Assembly: GCA_036679645.1 (NCBI GenBank)
Contig: JAZDCY010000004.1
Span: 1-64,000 of the forward strand
Direction of reading: 5' to 3'
DNA length: 64,000 nt
Source: Gemmatimonadota bacterium
GTDB lineage: Bacteria > Gemmatimonadota > Gemmatimonadetes > Gemmatimonadales > GWC2-71-9
Numbering within the stretch: position 1 is the stretch's first letter; each line of letters begins with the position of its first letter. A program made the translations under genes and the position numbers. Below the pieces are notes generated by a model that worked only from the letters and a program-made list of their open reading frames with translations, ran no database searches and was not told where the DNA came from. Shown here piece by piece: positions 49,995-60,100 of the stretch.

Positions 49995-50482
49995 CGACGG
50001 TCGAGCTGTCCACTACGCTCGGGGATTTCACCATCGAGCTGTTCGACGCCGCCGCGCCGATCACCGTGGAGAACTTCCTGACCTATGTCGATGACGGGTT
50101 TTTCGATGGCACGATCTTCCACCGCGTGATCTCGGGGTTCATGGTGCAAGGAGGGGGGTTCATCGAGGGAATGAAGGAGAAACCATCCCGTTCTCCAATC
50201 AAGAACGAGGCGAAAAATGGCCGGAAGAACGAGCGAGGCACGCTCGCCATGGCGCGAACCCAGGATGTCGACAGCGCGACCGCCCAGTTCTTCGTCAACC
50301 TGGCCGACAATGTTTTTCTCGATCACGGGAGCCGTGACTTCGGGTATGCGGTCTTCGGCCGCGTCTCCGAGGGCATGGAGGTCGTCGATGCGATCGCCGG
50401 GGTGAAAACCGGCCGGAGCGGAGGTCATGACGGCGTACCGGTCGCGGCAGTGGTCATCCAGTCGGCCAAACGAGCGACCTGA
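49991..50482 (+). CDS. ppiB: Cyclophilin-type peptidyl-prolyl isomerase
   Basis: [25 protein letters not shown] and YAVFG motifs; no signal peptide. Confidence 0.9.
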   Translation: MTTVELSTTLGDFTIELFDAAAPITVENFLTYVDDGFFDGTIFHRVISGFMVQGGGFIEGMKEKPSRSPIKNEAKNGRKNERGTLAMARTQDVDSATAQFFVNLADNVFLDHGSRDFGYAVFGRVSEGMEVVDAIAGVKTGRSGGHDGVPVAAVVIQSAKRAT

Positions 50483-50573
50483 CCCGCGCCACGAGGCCAA
50501 GACGACGCGGCGCGGTCGGTCAGCGCCGCGTTTTCTATTGCACTTTGCAATAGCGTATCCGATACTTCGAGGC

Positions 50574-52250
50574 ATGCGGCCGTTGCGTACTGAGGGACGC
50601 GGTGGCGTCGCGCCACACGTGACGCAGCCGAATCCCCTGCGTTTGCTCCAGTGGGTGTATGTCGGGCGCGTGCTGTTGGCGACGGTCGTCTTCGTGACGG
50701 CGGCGTTCTACTTCCAGGCCATCCCACCTGTCCTCATCCTCACCCTGGCCATTGCGGCACTGGCGTCGCTGGTCGTGAGCGGCGGATCGGTTTTCTACAC
50801 TCATATAGCGCGACGTCCGCCGACGGCGACGTTCATCTACGTGCAGGCAATGTTCGACCTCGCGCTCGTTACGACAGTGGTTCACGTGACGGGCGGTGCG
50901 GAGAGCGATTTTCTCCCCCTTTACATCCTCGTGATCGGCGTCTCGTCGGTGCTCCTGCCCCTGCCGTCGAGCCTCCTCGTCACAACCCTCGCGAGTTCCG
51001 TGTTCGTCGCAGATGTCATCATCGGGTTTCCCACCCAGCTCGATCTCGCGGTGTGGCTCCAAATTGGCGTCTTCGTCGCGGTTGCGGTCGCGACGGGATG
51101 GCTCGTCAGTCGGGTGCGAGTGGTGGGCGAGGAGCACGAGGAGCTGCGGGAGGAGGTCCAGCGCCTGCGGCTCCAGGCCGATGACATTCTCCGGAACATC
51201 AGCAGTGGGGTAGTGACCGTCGACGGAGACGGGAACCTAGCCTACGCAAACCTGTCCGCCGAGCGCCTGTTGTCTTTTCCGGCGGCCGAGTTCCTGGGTC
51301 GCCCGGTGATGGACTTCCTGGAGAGCCGCTGCGAGGAGCTTGCCGCGGCCATTTGGGCGACGCAACGCGAGGGGCGACGCGCCTTCCGCGTCGAGGGGTC
51401 GCTCGAAACGGAAGGACGAACGCTCACCGTCGGTATGACGACAACGGCGCTAGAGGTTGCGTCCGACACCCTTCCGTCCGTCACCGCGATCTTCACCGAC
51501 ATCTCGGATCAGAAACGGATCGAGGAGTTGAGCCGTCGCGCGGAGCGTCTGGAGGCCGTCGCGGCACTCTCGGCGTCACTTGCCCACGAGATCAAGAACC
51601 CGCTGGCATCGATCCGGTCGTCGGTCGAACAGCTGGCGGAGTCCTTGCACGCTGGAGAAGATGAGCGGTTCCTAGGTCAACTCGTGATGCGGGAGAGCGA
51701 CCGGCTCAGTCGGATCCTCAATGAATTTCTCGATTTTGCCCGCGTGCGCGTGGCGCTTTCCAAGCCGGTAGATCTCGGGCGCGTCCTCCGGTCGGCCGTC
51801 GACGTCGTCCGTCAGCACCCCGCCTGTGATGAGCGAACGGAGATTGCAATCGAGGGGGATTGTCCAATCGTCAAAGGCGATGAAGATCTGCTCCATCGCG
51901 TTATCGTGAATCTACTGTTGAACGCGGTGCAGGCCGCCGAGGGTGGCGCTCACATCGTCGTGGAGGCACGCGGCGCGCAACCGGAAGACCTGCCTGCGGG
52001 GGTTACGATGCGCCCCGCCGTATTGTTGCGCGTGAGCGATGACGGTCCGGGCATCCCTGCGGATTTGCGTGACCGGCTCTTCGATCCGTTCGTGACGGGC
52101 CGCGTGGGCGGGTCGGGACTGGGGCTCGCCATCGTCCAGCGCGCTGTTGAGGCGCACAAGGGCTTCATTCTCGTCGAGACCGCTCTCGCGCAGGGAACGT
52201 CCTTTACCGTGCTGCTTCCCGGTGGCGGAAGCAGCGAGGTCGCGGCATGA
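50574..52250 (+). CDS. pilS: PilS-like membrane histidine kinase (6 TM, PAS)
   Basis: AHEIKNPL H-box, NLLLNA, DDGPGI, GSGLGL; start uncertain (50574 or 50619). Confidence 0.85.
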   Translation: MRPLRTEGRGGVAPHVTQPNPLRLLQWVYVGRVLLATVVFVTAAFYFQAIPPVLILTLAIAALASLVVSGGSVFYTHIARRPPTATFIYVQAMFDLALVTTVVHVTGGAESDFLPLYILVIGVSSVLLPLPSSLLVTTLASSVFVADVIIGFPTQLDLAVWLQIGVFVAVAVATGWLVSRVRVVGEEHEELREEVQRLRLQADDILRNISSGVVTVDGDGNLAYANLSAERLLSFPAAEFLGRPVMDFLESRCEELAAAIWATQREGRRAFRVEGSLETEGRTLTVGMTTTALEVASDTLPSVTAIFTDISDQKRIEELSRRAERLEAVAALSASLAHEIKNPLASIRSSVEQLAESLHAGEDERFLGQLVMRESDRLSRILNEFLDFARVRVALSKPVDLGRVLRSAVDVVRQHPACDERTEIAIEGDCPIVKGDEDLLHRVIVNLLLNAVQAAEGGAHIVVEARGAQPEDLPAGVTMRPAVLLRVSDDGPGIPADLRDRLFDPFVTGRVGGSGLGLAIVQRAVEAHKGFILVETALAQGTSFTVLLPGGGSSEVAA

Positions 52251-53623
52251 GTCATCAGCCTTCGATTCTCGTCATCGATGACGAGTCCGGGATTCTCGAC
52301 ACGCTCCGTATCCTGCTCAAGAACTCGGGTTTCCAAGTGGAGACGGCACAAGGTGGGAATGCCGGTCTCTCCGCGGTGAAAAGCAATCCGCCCGACATCG
52401 TGCTTACCGATGTCCGTATGCCGCAGGTAACCGGGATCCAGATCCTGGAAGCCGTGCGGGAAGTGGATGGGGAGACACCGGTCATTCTCATGACAGCGCA
52501 AGCGTCGTTGCAGACGGCCATCCAGGCGGTCAACCAAGGGGCGTTCCATTATATCCAGAAGCCCTTCTCTAACGACGACATGATCGCGATCTGCCGGCGC
52601 GCGGCCGAATACCGCCAGCTCCGCTCGGAAAACAAGCACCTGAAGCAGGAGATCCGCCGTCACCAGCGCGGTCGCGCCATCAAGCCGCTTGGGAAGGCGA
52701 AGCGGTTCCTCGAAGTGATTGCCTTGACGGAGCAGGTCGCACCGACCGACTCGACCGTCCTGATCCGGGGCGAGAGCGGGACCGGCAAGGAGGTCGTTGC
52801 GAGATACATCCACGAGCTGTCGCGTCGTACTGATGGGCCGTTCTTCTCCATCAACTGTGGCGCGCTACCGGAGAGCTTGCTCGAGTCGGAGCTGTTCGGG
52901 CACGTCAAGGGCGCTTTCACCGGCGCGGTTCGCGACAAGCAGGGGCTGTTCTCCGCGGCGGGCGGGGGCACCTTCTTCCTGGATGAGATAGGGGAGATGT
53001 ACCCGTCTACCCAGGTCAAGCTGCTGCGCGTGCTGCAAGAGCGCGAAGTGTTGCCTGTCGGTGGAACCGAACCGATTCCCGTGGACGTGCGCGTCCTCGC
53101 CGCGACCAATAAGGATCTCGAGGAGGAGATTCGGGCGGGCCGTTTTCGATCAGATCTCTACTACCGGCTCAATGTGATCTCGCTCTACCTCCCCACGCTG
53201 CGGGACCGGCGCGAGGACATCTCGCTGCTTGCGGAGGCGTTCCTGCAGCGGTTCGCCGCGGAGCGCGACGAGCCGGCACGTCTACTGTCGGAAGACGCGC
53301 GGGACGCGGTGCTCGTCTACGACTGGCCCGGGAACGTCCGCGAGCTGGAGAACGCGCTGGAGCACGCCGTGGTTCTTTCACACGGACCGGAGATCACCGC
53401 CGCCAGTCTTCCCGAGCGGATCGCGGCGCGCAAATCGGAGCCACTCGTCTCCGAACGGCAGCATGAGACCCCCACTCTCGAGGCGATCGAGCAGGCCTAC
53501 ATCATGTGGGTGCTACAGAACGAGGGTGGAAACAAGTCGCGTGCGGCACAGGTGCTCGGCATCGATCCGTCGACACTCTATCGCAAACTGTCCCGGTATG
53601 ACGCAGGCGTTGAGCCAGCCTGA
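52247..53623 (+). CDS. pilR: PilR-like sigma54-dependent response regulator
   Basis: Receiver domain, GESGTGKE, GAFTGA, WPGNVREL, Fis-type HTH. Confidence 0.9.
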   Translation: MSHQPSILVIDDESGILDTLRILLKNSGFQVETAQGGNAGLSAVKSNPPDIVLTDVRMPQVTGIQILEAVREVDGETPVILMTAQASLQTAIQAVNQGAFHYIQKPFSNDDMIAICRRAAEYRQLRSENKHLKQEIRRHQRGRAIKPLGKAKRFLEVIALTEQVAPTDSTVLIRGESGTGKEVVARYIHELSRRTDGPFFSINCGALPESLLESELFGHVKGAFTGAVRDKQGLFSAAGGGTFFLDEIGEMYPSTQVKLLRVLQEREVLPVGGTEPIPVDVRVLAATNKDLEEEIRAGRFRSDLYYRLNVISLYLPTLRDRREDISLLAEAFLQRFAAERDEPARLLSEDARDAVLVYDWPGNVRELENALEHAVVLSHGPEITAASLPERIAARKSEPLVSERQHETPTLEAIEQAYIMWVLQNEGGNKSRAAQVLGIDPSTLYRKLSRYDAGVEPA

Positions 53624-54341
53624 CCGGTTGCGCCTGCCTGCCCAAGACGAAGTCGGCGCCGGGACGCTCGAGCGGCTAGCGACGGCGGAGCGATTCAACC
53701 GCTGGATGTACGACCGCCTCGCGCGCTGGCTCGGTGACGAGGTGCTCGAGGTCGGCTCGGGGATCGGTAACCTGTCGCAGTTCCTCATGGGCCGTCGACG
53801 CGTTGTCTTGACGGACGCGGAAACGGCATACCGGTCGTATCTCGAAGAGCGGTTTGGTCACGTGCCGGGTGTCCGCGTCACGTCGCTTACACTGCCCGAG
53901 CTGCCGGCGGATCTCACGGACGAGCCTTTCGATAGCGTGATGTGCCTCAACGTGCTGGAGCATATCGAACGAGACGTAGATTCCCTCATCGCAATGCGAT
54001 CGTTGTTGCGGCCGGGCGGTGCAGTCGTGCTTCTCGTGCCGGCTCTGTCGTTCCTCTACGGGGAGCTGGATCGACAGCTCGGTCACGTTAGACGCTATAC
54101 GCCCGAGATGGTGCGGGAGCGGTACGCGCGGGCGGGGCTCGCTGTCCGACACGTGGAGTACTTTAATCTCGCCGGCGTTCCGGGGTGGTGGTTCGTCGGT
54201 CGGGTGCTCAAGCGCGCGATCATCCCCACGTCGAGCCTCCGGCTGTACGACGCGTTGGTGCCGCTGTTTCGGCTCGAGCGGCTGCTCCCTTGGCGTCTCG
54301 GGCAGTCGATCATCGCGATTGGCGGGCGCGAGGCGGGATGA
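53598..54341 (+). CDS. Class I SAM-dependent methyltransferase
   Basis: [22 protein letters not shown] and GHVRRY motifs. Confidence 0.85.
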   Translation: MTQALSQPDRLRLPAQDEVGAGTLERLATAERFNRWMYDRLARWLGDEVLEVGSGIGNLSQFLMGRRRVVLTDAETAYRSYLEERFGHVPGVRVTSLTLPELPADLTDEPFDSVMCLNVLEHIERDVDSLIAMRSLLRPGGAVVLLVPALSFLYGELDRQLGHVRRYTPEMVRERYARAGLAVRHVEYFNLAGVPGWWFVGRVLKRAIIPTSSLRLYDALVPLFRLERLLPWRLGQSIIAIGGREAG

Positions 54342-55075
54342 TCCCCTCCGATTTCAACGACATTGTCCTCAGCGTCATCGTCCCGGCGTACAACGAAGCG
54401 GAAACGGTCGAGGCTGCCGTGCGCCGCCTGCTCGATGTTCCCCTCAAGATCGAGGTCGTGGCCATCAACGACCACTCGACCGATCGGACGGGTGAGATTC
54501 TCGATCGGCTCTGCAACGACGGATTGATTCGGCACGTGGTACATCAACCTCGAAACATGGGGAAGGGAGCCGCCGTCCGCGCCGGGATCCTAGCAGCGAC
54601 GGGGCACGTGATCGTAGTGCAGGATGCGGATCTCGAGTACGATCCGCAGGAGTTTCCTACTCTACTCGATCCGATCCGCCAGAATCGGGCGGACGCGGTC
54701 TACGGCTCGCGCTTTCAGAGCGGCCCGCGACGGGTGCTCTATTTCTGGCACTCCGTGGGCAATCGCCTCCTCACGCTCCTCTCGAACATGCTCACCGATC
54801 TCAACCTGAGCGACATGGAGACGTGCTACAAGATGGTCCGCGCAGACGTACTGAAGTCCCTACCCTTGGTGTCGAATCGATTCGGATTCGAGGTGGAGGT
54901 GACGGCGCGGCTGGCCAAGGCCGGTGCGCGCATCTGGGAGATCCCAATCAGCTACAGTGGCCGGACCTACGCCGAGGGGAAGAAGATCGACTGGCGGGAT
55001 GGGGCGGCGGCTCTATGGCACATCATCCGCTTCAACATCTTCTCTGGCGGGCGCACGCGCGACACCACGCCGTGA
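54338..55075 (+). CDS. GT2 polyprenol-phosphate glycosyltransferase (DPM1-like)
   Basis: IVPAYNE, NDHSTD, GKGAA, QDADLEY, GSRF and DMETCYK motifs. Confidence 0.9.
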   Translation: MIPSDFNDIVLSVIVPAYNEAETVEAAVRRLLDVPLKIEVVAINDHSTDRTGEILDRLCNDGLIRHVVHQPRNMGKGAAVRAGILAATGHVIVVQDADLEYDPQEFPTLLDPIRQNRADAVYGSRFQSGPRRVLYFWHSVGNRLLTLLSNMLTDLNLSDMETCYKMVRADVLKSLPLVSNRFGFEVEVTARLAKAGARIWEIPISYSGRTYAEGKKIDWRDGAAALWHIIRFNIFSGGRTRDTTP

Positions 55076-57063
55076 GCGTCGGCCGGCTCCTGGCGGGAGT
55101 GGCCGTCGCAGGTGCGGTGTGGTCGGCGATTCCGTTTTCCCTGTGGTGGCTGGACACCGACTCGTCCGTCGTGACGGGGGCATGGAGCACGTGGGTATGG
55201 GGGGCGGTCGTGGTGCTCGGGATGACCGCTGTGTTGGTGATCCTCTCCAAGGGCCGGGTGACGGTGTGGCTGGTGGACGCATGGCGACGCACCCTGGGCA
55301 GACTCTCCGGTCGCATGACGATGATCCTGGCCGGTGCGGCGGTGGCCGTGTTCGCGACGCTGGTCTTTCTGTTCGTGTTTGCCGGCAACCCGCGAAGCGT
55401 CGACGGGTTTGCGCAGTTGTTCCACGCCAGAATCCTGCTCGAGGGCCGGCTGTGGCTGGAGCCGCCACTGGAGTTGGCCAACTTTGGCACGCTGCACATG
55501 GTGCTGGGTCCGGAGCGGTGGTACTCGCAGTATCCACCCGGTCAGCCGCTCCTCCTCGCCATAGGGTTGTTCCTGGGGATGTGGTGGATCATTCAACCCC
55601 TCTTGGGCATCCTCCTCGTGATTGCGACGTATCGCGTCGCCCGCTGGATGGCGGACGAGACGACGGCCAAGCTCACGGCGTGGTTGATGGCGGTGTGCCC
55701 GTTCATCGTCGCCATGACCGCGAGCGAGCTCAACCATGTTCCTGCCGCGGTCCTCGGCATTGGCGCGGCCGCCGCCGCGACAATGCTGGATCGACACCGG
55801 TGGCCGGGATGGGCGCTCGCCGCAGGAGCGTCGCTCGGATTGATGGTCGCGTTCCGACCGCTGGACGCGGTGGCGGCGGCGCTGCCCGTGACCGCCGTGA
55901 TGCTGCTGACGGCCAGGCGGCGAATGGGAGCGCTGGCCCTGATTGGAGCTGGAGGAGTGGCCGGTACGCTCCCCACGCTCTGGTTCAACGCCCAGACGAC
56001 TGGATCCTGGAGCCAGTTCGGATACAGCCACCTGTGGGGAAGCGGCATCGGGCTCGGGTTCCATGACACACCGTGGGGTGTCCCGCTCACCCCGCTGCGC
56101 GCGGTCGCGCTGACCGGCCTCGACCTGCACCAGGTGAACGTGTACTTGTTCGACCTGCCGTTTCCATTGCTCTTCGTGATCGCAGCGGGATTCGTGCTGG
56201 GTTTGCGTCAGACGAGCCGTCGTGACCTGACTCCCTTCGTGGGCGTGCTCGCGCTCATGGGGCTGCTCTTTTTCTACTTCCATCGGGATGTGTTCTACGG
56301 CCCACGACTCCTGTTCAGCGTCGTCCCGTGGTTCGTCCTGCTTTTCGCGCGCGCGGTAGTCCTGATGCGACGTTGGGGCTCGCCAACGGCATCCGGCACA
56401 CCCCGCGGCATGGTCGCGGTGATGGCGGTCGTACTTGCGATGGCGACGGGCCTGGTCGCCATCGCGCCCAGCCGCTTGGCCGCGTACCGCGCATCGACAC
56501 CCATGCTTAGCCTCCATCCCGCGCGCGACGCGGCCCGTGCGGGCATTCATAATGCCGTGGTCCTCATTCCCGATGGGTGGGGTACGAGGCTAATTGCCCG
56601 CATGTGGGAGCGGGGTGTCCCTGTCAGACGCACCGGCCGACTCTACGCGGCGATCGACGCTTGCACCCTGCAAGGCGCGCTCGATGCGGCGGAGCGCGAC
56701 GGCACGGCGAGCACCAAGCTCGTCACACTGCTCGATACGCTGGCCGCGCTGAAGCGCCCAGGCGTTCCCGCGGGACTTACCGAAGACCGCAACCTGCGCA
56801 TCCCGACCTGGGAGCCACTCCGTCCCGAGTGCGTCGACGAGGTTGTCTTCGATCGCACCGGGTTCCTCGCCTTTGCGCCGTTTCTCTACCTCAACAACGC
56901 GTCGCTCGACGGGGATATCGTCTGGGCGAGAGACCTGCGCGATGGCAATGGTCGTTTGCTGGTCCGATATCCCGAGCGGGCAGTCTTTCGCTATGCTCCG
57001 GACACGCCGGGCGGGATGCCCGCGTTCCATCCGGTGGCCCGGAGCACACGCGGGAATCGATAG
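55072..57063 (+). CDS. GT-C (ArnT/PMT-like) multi-pass membrane glycosyltransferase
   Basis: Many TM helices; loop with VDG..QLFHA and SQYPPG; FYGPR; soluble C-terminal domain. Confidence 0.65.
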   Translation: MSVGRLLAGVAVAGAVWSAIPFSLWWLDTDSSVVTGAWSTWVWGAVVVLGMTAVLVILSKGRVTVWLVDAWRRTLGRLSGRMTMILAGAAVAVFATLVFLFVFAGNPRSVDGFAQLFHARILLEGRLWLEPPLELANFGTLHMVLGPERWYSQYPPGQPLLLAIGLFLGMWWIIQPLLGILLVIATYRVARWMADETTAKLTAWLMAVCPFIVAMTASELNHVPAAVLGIGAAAAATMLDRHRWPGWALAAGASLGLMVAFRPLDAVAAALPVTAVMLLTARRRMGALALIGAGGVAGTLPTLWFNAQTTGSWSQFGYSHLWGSGIGLGFHDTPWGVPLTPLRAVALTGLDLHQVNVYLFDLPFPLLFVIAAGFVLGLRQTSRRDLTPFVGVLALMGLLFFYFHRDVFYGPRLLFSVVPWFVLLFARAVVLMRRWGSPTASGTPRGMVAVMAVVLAMATGLVAIAPSRLAAYRASTPMLSLHPARDAARAGIHNAVVLIPDGWGTRLIARMWERGVPVRRTGRLYAAIDACTLQGALDAAERDGTASTKLVTLLDTLAALKRPGVPAGLTEDRNLRIPTWEPLRPECVDEVVFDRTGFLAFAPFLYLNNASLDGDIVWARDLRDGNGRLLVRYPERAVFRYAPDTPGGMPAFHPVARSTRGNR

Positions 57064-57244
57064 GGCGTGATTTCTCCTGGGCCGGGGCGGTCCGGGGGGA
57101 GTTCAGGCGTGCCATGGCCCGCCTCGCGAACCGCAAGGGGCCTTGCAATTAGCCCCCGATCGGCCTTACCGCCGGAGTTGGTCTGGCTCGGTACCAGCCA
57201 CGTAACTCGTTAATCTACGGTATCTTACTGGCATTCTCTGCGAT

Positions 57245-57260
57245 TGGCATACTCGTTGCT
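57245..57260 (+). promoter_or_regulatory. Sigma54 (-24/-12) promoter for pilA
   Basis: TGGCATACTCGTTGCT has GG-N10-GC spacing and lies downstream of a PilR-type activator gene. Confidence 0.8.
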
Positions 57261-57331
57261 TTCACCAGGAGACGGAAGGTAGGCTGCCGCGGGATGTGCC
57301 CGTGGTGATCACTTCAACAGAGGAGTTTGGA

Positions 57332-57724
57332 ATGTTGCGTAATTCCAAGGGTTTCACGCTCATCGAGCTGTTGATCGTGGTCGTGATCATCGGCATCCTT
57401 GCGGCGATCGCGATTCCGAAGTTCGCGAGCACCAAGGAGAAGGCGTACGTGGCCGCGATGAAGAGCGATCTCAAGAACTTCGTCACGGCAGAGGAGTCGT
57501 ACTTCGCGGACTTCAATACCTACGGTACCGCGGCGAACGTGGTGGCGGCCGGCGCCTTCAGCGGCACCACGAACGTGACTCTGGTGTCCACCGATGGGAC
57601 CGCCACTGGCTTCTCAGCCACGGCGACGCATCCCGGTGCTGCCGGCAAGAACTGCGGTGTGTACGTCGGTACGGCAACGGCGCCGGCGATGGTCTCGAAT
57701 GAAGGTGAAGTGGCCTGTAACTAG
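57332..57724 (+). CDS. pilA: Type IVa major pilin (copy 1)
   Basis: GAGGAG RBS; KG|FTLIE prepilin site; C-terminal Cys pair. Confidence 0.9.
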   Translation: MLRNSKGFTLIELLIVVVIIGILAAIAIPKFASTKEKAYVAAMKSDLKNFVTAEESYFADFNTYGTAANVVAAGAFSGTTNVTLVSTDGTATGFSATATHPGAAGKNCGVYVGTATAPAMVSNEGEVACN

Positions 57725-57745
57725 GATCCTTTCGCAAATCGTGAG

Positions 57746-57798
57746 GAGTCCCGCGTCGGGCGGCCTTGGCTCTAGCCCTGGGCGCTCGGCGCGGACTC
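57746..57798 (+). other. Long GC-rich intergenic hairpin between the pilin genes
   Basis: GAGTCCCGCGTCGGGCG ... CGCTCGGCGCGGACTC imperfect inverted repeat. Confidence 0.6.
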
Positions 57799-57820
57799 GC
57801 TTCTAGAGGAGTCTCAACCG

Positions 57821-58210
57821 ATGGACCGACGCGGATTTACACTTATCGAGTTGCTGATCGTTGTCGTCATCATCGGCATCCTTGCGGCCATCGCGATTCC
57901 CAAGTTCGCGAGCACGAAGGAGAAGGCCTACGTGGCAACGATGAAGACCGATTTGCGTAACCTGGCAACGGCTCAGGAAGCTTACTTCTACGACTACGCC
58001 ACCTACTACGATGGTGCTGTCCCAAACCTCGCTTCGTTGCCATACTCGCCGTCGAAGGGTGTGGCCATAGTGCTCTCGAGTGTGAGCATGGTTGGGTGGG
58101 CGGCAGTCGCCACACATAGTGGAGCGATCGGTGCCTCGTGCGCGCTTTTCTTCGGTTCGGCGGCGGCACCGGCGCCGGCGTCGACCGAAGGAGAAGTCGC
58201 GTGTAACTGA
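57821..58210 (+). CDS. pilA: Type IVa pilin (copy 2)
   Basis: GAGGAG RBS; RG|FTLIE; same N-terminal helix and EGEVACN terminus as copy 1. Confidence 0.85.
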   Translation: MDRRGFTLIELLIVVVIIGILAAIAIPKFASTKEKAYVATMKTDLRNLATAQEAYFYDYATYYDGAVPNLASLPYSPSKGVAIVLSSVSMVGWAAVATHSGAIGASCALFFGSAAAPAPASTEGEVACN

Positions 58211-58231
58211 CGGGTACCACAGTTGATATTG

Positions 58232-58266
58232 AGAGGGTGGTCGGCGTTGTCCGATCACCCTCTTTT
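58232..58266 (+). terminator. Rho-independent terminator after the pilin genes
   Basis: AGAGGGTGGTCGG-CGTTGT-CCGATCACCCTCT stem ending in TTTT. Confidence 0.7.
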
Positions 58267-58346
58267 GCTGGCGGCAGGCGACGTTTTGCTCCCCACGGAG
58301 TTGGTGGGATGACGGCTTGCGGCGGCGCGTATGTCACATTCTTCCC

Positions 58347-58691
58347 ATGATCGTCCGGCGGCGCGGATATACCCTCATCGAAGTGCTCGTGGCACTGCTG
58401 CTGCTAGACGTGGGCCTGCTTGCCCTTGTGGGGGCCTCAGCCTCGGTGGTCCGCCTGGTGGGTGACGCCACGCTCGCCGGGCACGCGGCAGCGGGCATGG
58501 AGGCCCGGCGCGAGGTGTTGTGGAGCGAGCAATGTGGCACGATTGGGAGACGGTCGGAGAACGACGGGCTGGTGGATGTCACATGGGAGGCCCGGGGCAC
58601 GGGTCCCGCCGTCACTCTCATGGTCACCGTGACGCGGCGTACTCCCCGCGGTACGCGAACAGATTCGGTAGTCGCCCGGTGCGCTCCGTGA
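58347..58691 (+). CDS. Minor pilin (PilV-like)
   Basis: RG|YTLIEVLVALLLL prepilin motif. Confidence 0.75.
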   Translation: MIVRRRGYTLIEVLVALLLLDVGLLALVGASASVVRLVGDATLAGHAAAGMEARREVLWSEQCGTIGRRSENDGLVDVTWEARGTGPAVTLMVTVTRRTPRGTRTDSVVARCAP

Positions 58692-59506
58692 GCCGCCGGG
58701 GCTTTACGGTTGTCGAGTTGATCGTCGCCCTGGTGCTTACGGGCGTCATCGCCACAGCGGCACTGCGAGTGTTCCTCGGGGTGCGGAGTACGTACCAGGC
58801 GGTAACCGACAGGCTCGAGCAGAACGCGGTGCTACGTGATGCAGCCGCGGTGCTCCCCTACGAGTTGCGCGCACTCGGCAGCGGGCCGGGCGCCGTAAGT
58901 CAGGATCTCGCGGCGGTGTCGCCGACGTCGGTGACCTACCGGGCCGTCGCGAATCTCTTCTTTGTCTGTGACGCCTCTGCCGCCCCGACGGGTCGTCTAG
59001 TGCTGGACGCCGCGACGTCGTACGGCGTGCGGTCACTCGATCCAGCCAGAGACTCCGTGCTTGTCTTCACGGTCAATACTGCCGCCCGGCCGGTACGAGG
59101 CTCATGGGTCGCCGCCGATCTCCTCGACCTCCGCGGAACCCCCTGCCCAGGAGGAAGTGCGGGAGTGGAAGTCACGTTGTCTCGCTCAATGGCTGGGGCG
59201 GAGTTGGGAACGCCGCTACGAGGGTTCCAGCTCACGGAAATGAGGCTGTACCGCGATCGTACAGGGGAGCGGTGGATCGGTGCGCGTACCGCTCGCAAGG
59301 TGGGTGGGTGGTCTGCGACCCAGCCAATCCTGGGTCCCCTCGATATCGACGGGCTCCAGGTCGTGGCTTACGATCGGGATGGTGCGATCACGCGCGACCC
59401 GGCCAGTGCCGTCAGGCTGGGTGCCACGGTGACGGCGCGCGCAACCCGGCGGAGCGGCGCCATTGGGGTCGTGCTGCAGATCGCGCTCAGGAACTCCCGC
59501 AGATGA
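58688..59506 (+). CDS. Minor pilin (PilW-like)
   Basis: RG|FTVVELIVAL prepilin motif; GTG overlaps the previous stop. Confidence 0.75.
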   Translation: MSRRGFTVVELIVALVLTGVIATAALRVFLGVRSTYQAVTDRLEQNAVLRDAAAVLPYELRALGSGPGAVSQDLAAVSPTSVTYRAVANLFFVCDASAAPTGRLVLDAATSYGVRSLDPARDSVLVFTVNTAARPVRGSWVAADLLDLRGTPCPGGSAGVEVTLSRSMAGAELGTPLRGFQLTEMRLYRDRTGERWIGARTARKVGGWSATQPILGPLDIDGLQVVAYDRDGAITRDPASAVRLGATVTARATRRSGAIGVVLQIALRNSRR

Positions 59507-59931
59507 ACCGCAACCGGCACGGCGCCGCCCTCGCGCTCACCGTGCTACTTCTGGCCATGATGATGACGATGGTAGGCGCCCTGCTGTTTCCGGCGGTGAT
59601 GGACCGGCGCCTCAGCCGCAACGCGGTGCGCATTCACCAGGCGCTGGCCGCCGCGGAGAGCGGAACCGAAGTGGTAGTAGCCGGTTGGGGTCGCACTGAT
59701 GCGCAGCTCGCTGCCGGGACGGGGGCGGGCGCGCGGGCGACGTGGTCGTTCGATGGGACGCTCGCGACGGGTTGGTACCGCGGGCAGGTGCGGCGGCTCA
59801 ACGACCGTCTCTTTCTCATCGTGGCCGAGGGGTTCTCGAGCGACAGCGTTGCAAGACAACGGGTTGGGCTGCTCGTGCTCGCGGATACAGCGTCGGTAGT
59901 GTCGCGCGCAGGGTGGGTCCGGCTGCCGTAG
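59503..59931 (+). CDS. Minor pilin (PilX-like, lacks Glu5)
   Basis: HG|AALALTVLLL and QALAAAESG PilX N-terminal motif. Confidence 0.7.
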   Translation: MNRNRHGAALALTVLLLAMMMTMVGALLFPAVMDRRLSRNAVRIHQALAAAESGTEVVVAGWGRTDAQLAAGTGAGARATWSFDGTLATGWYRGQVRRLNDRLFLIVAEGFSSDSVARQRVGLLVLADTASVVSRAGWVRLP

Positions 59932-59940
59932 CAGCTGCCT

Positions 59941-59955
59941 CCCCCCCCCCCCCCC
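59941..59955. repeat. C15 homopolymer (G15 on the minus strand)
   Basis: 15 consecutive C in the minor-pilin/pilM intergenic region. Confidence 0.8.
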
Positions 59956-60100
59956 GGTCCCTCCTCTCTCCCCGGCCCAATCCGTCAACTCTCCCGTGCC
60001 ATTGACCGATCATTAACGACGAGGCGCGCGTAGACCCGCTTCGGTACCTGGTCCAGCTTGGTCGAGCCTCGGTGGGTGTGGTAAAGTGTGTGGAAGTTCA

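Noticed and set aside
54967..56550. 527-aa minus-strand ORF and similar long shadow ORFs (34873-36216, 47168-48544, 45391-46653, 29648-30676)
   Set aside because: They lie antisense to well-supported genes, have no motifs, and are expected in high-GC DNA
57350..57960. DGR template/variable repeat between the two pilin genes
   Set aside because: Differences are mostly synonymous third-position changes, not adenine-specific, and no reverse transcriptase is present
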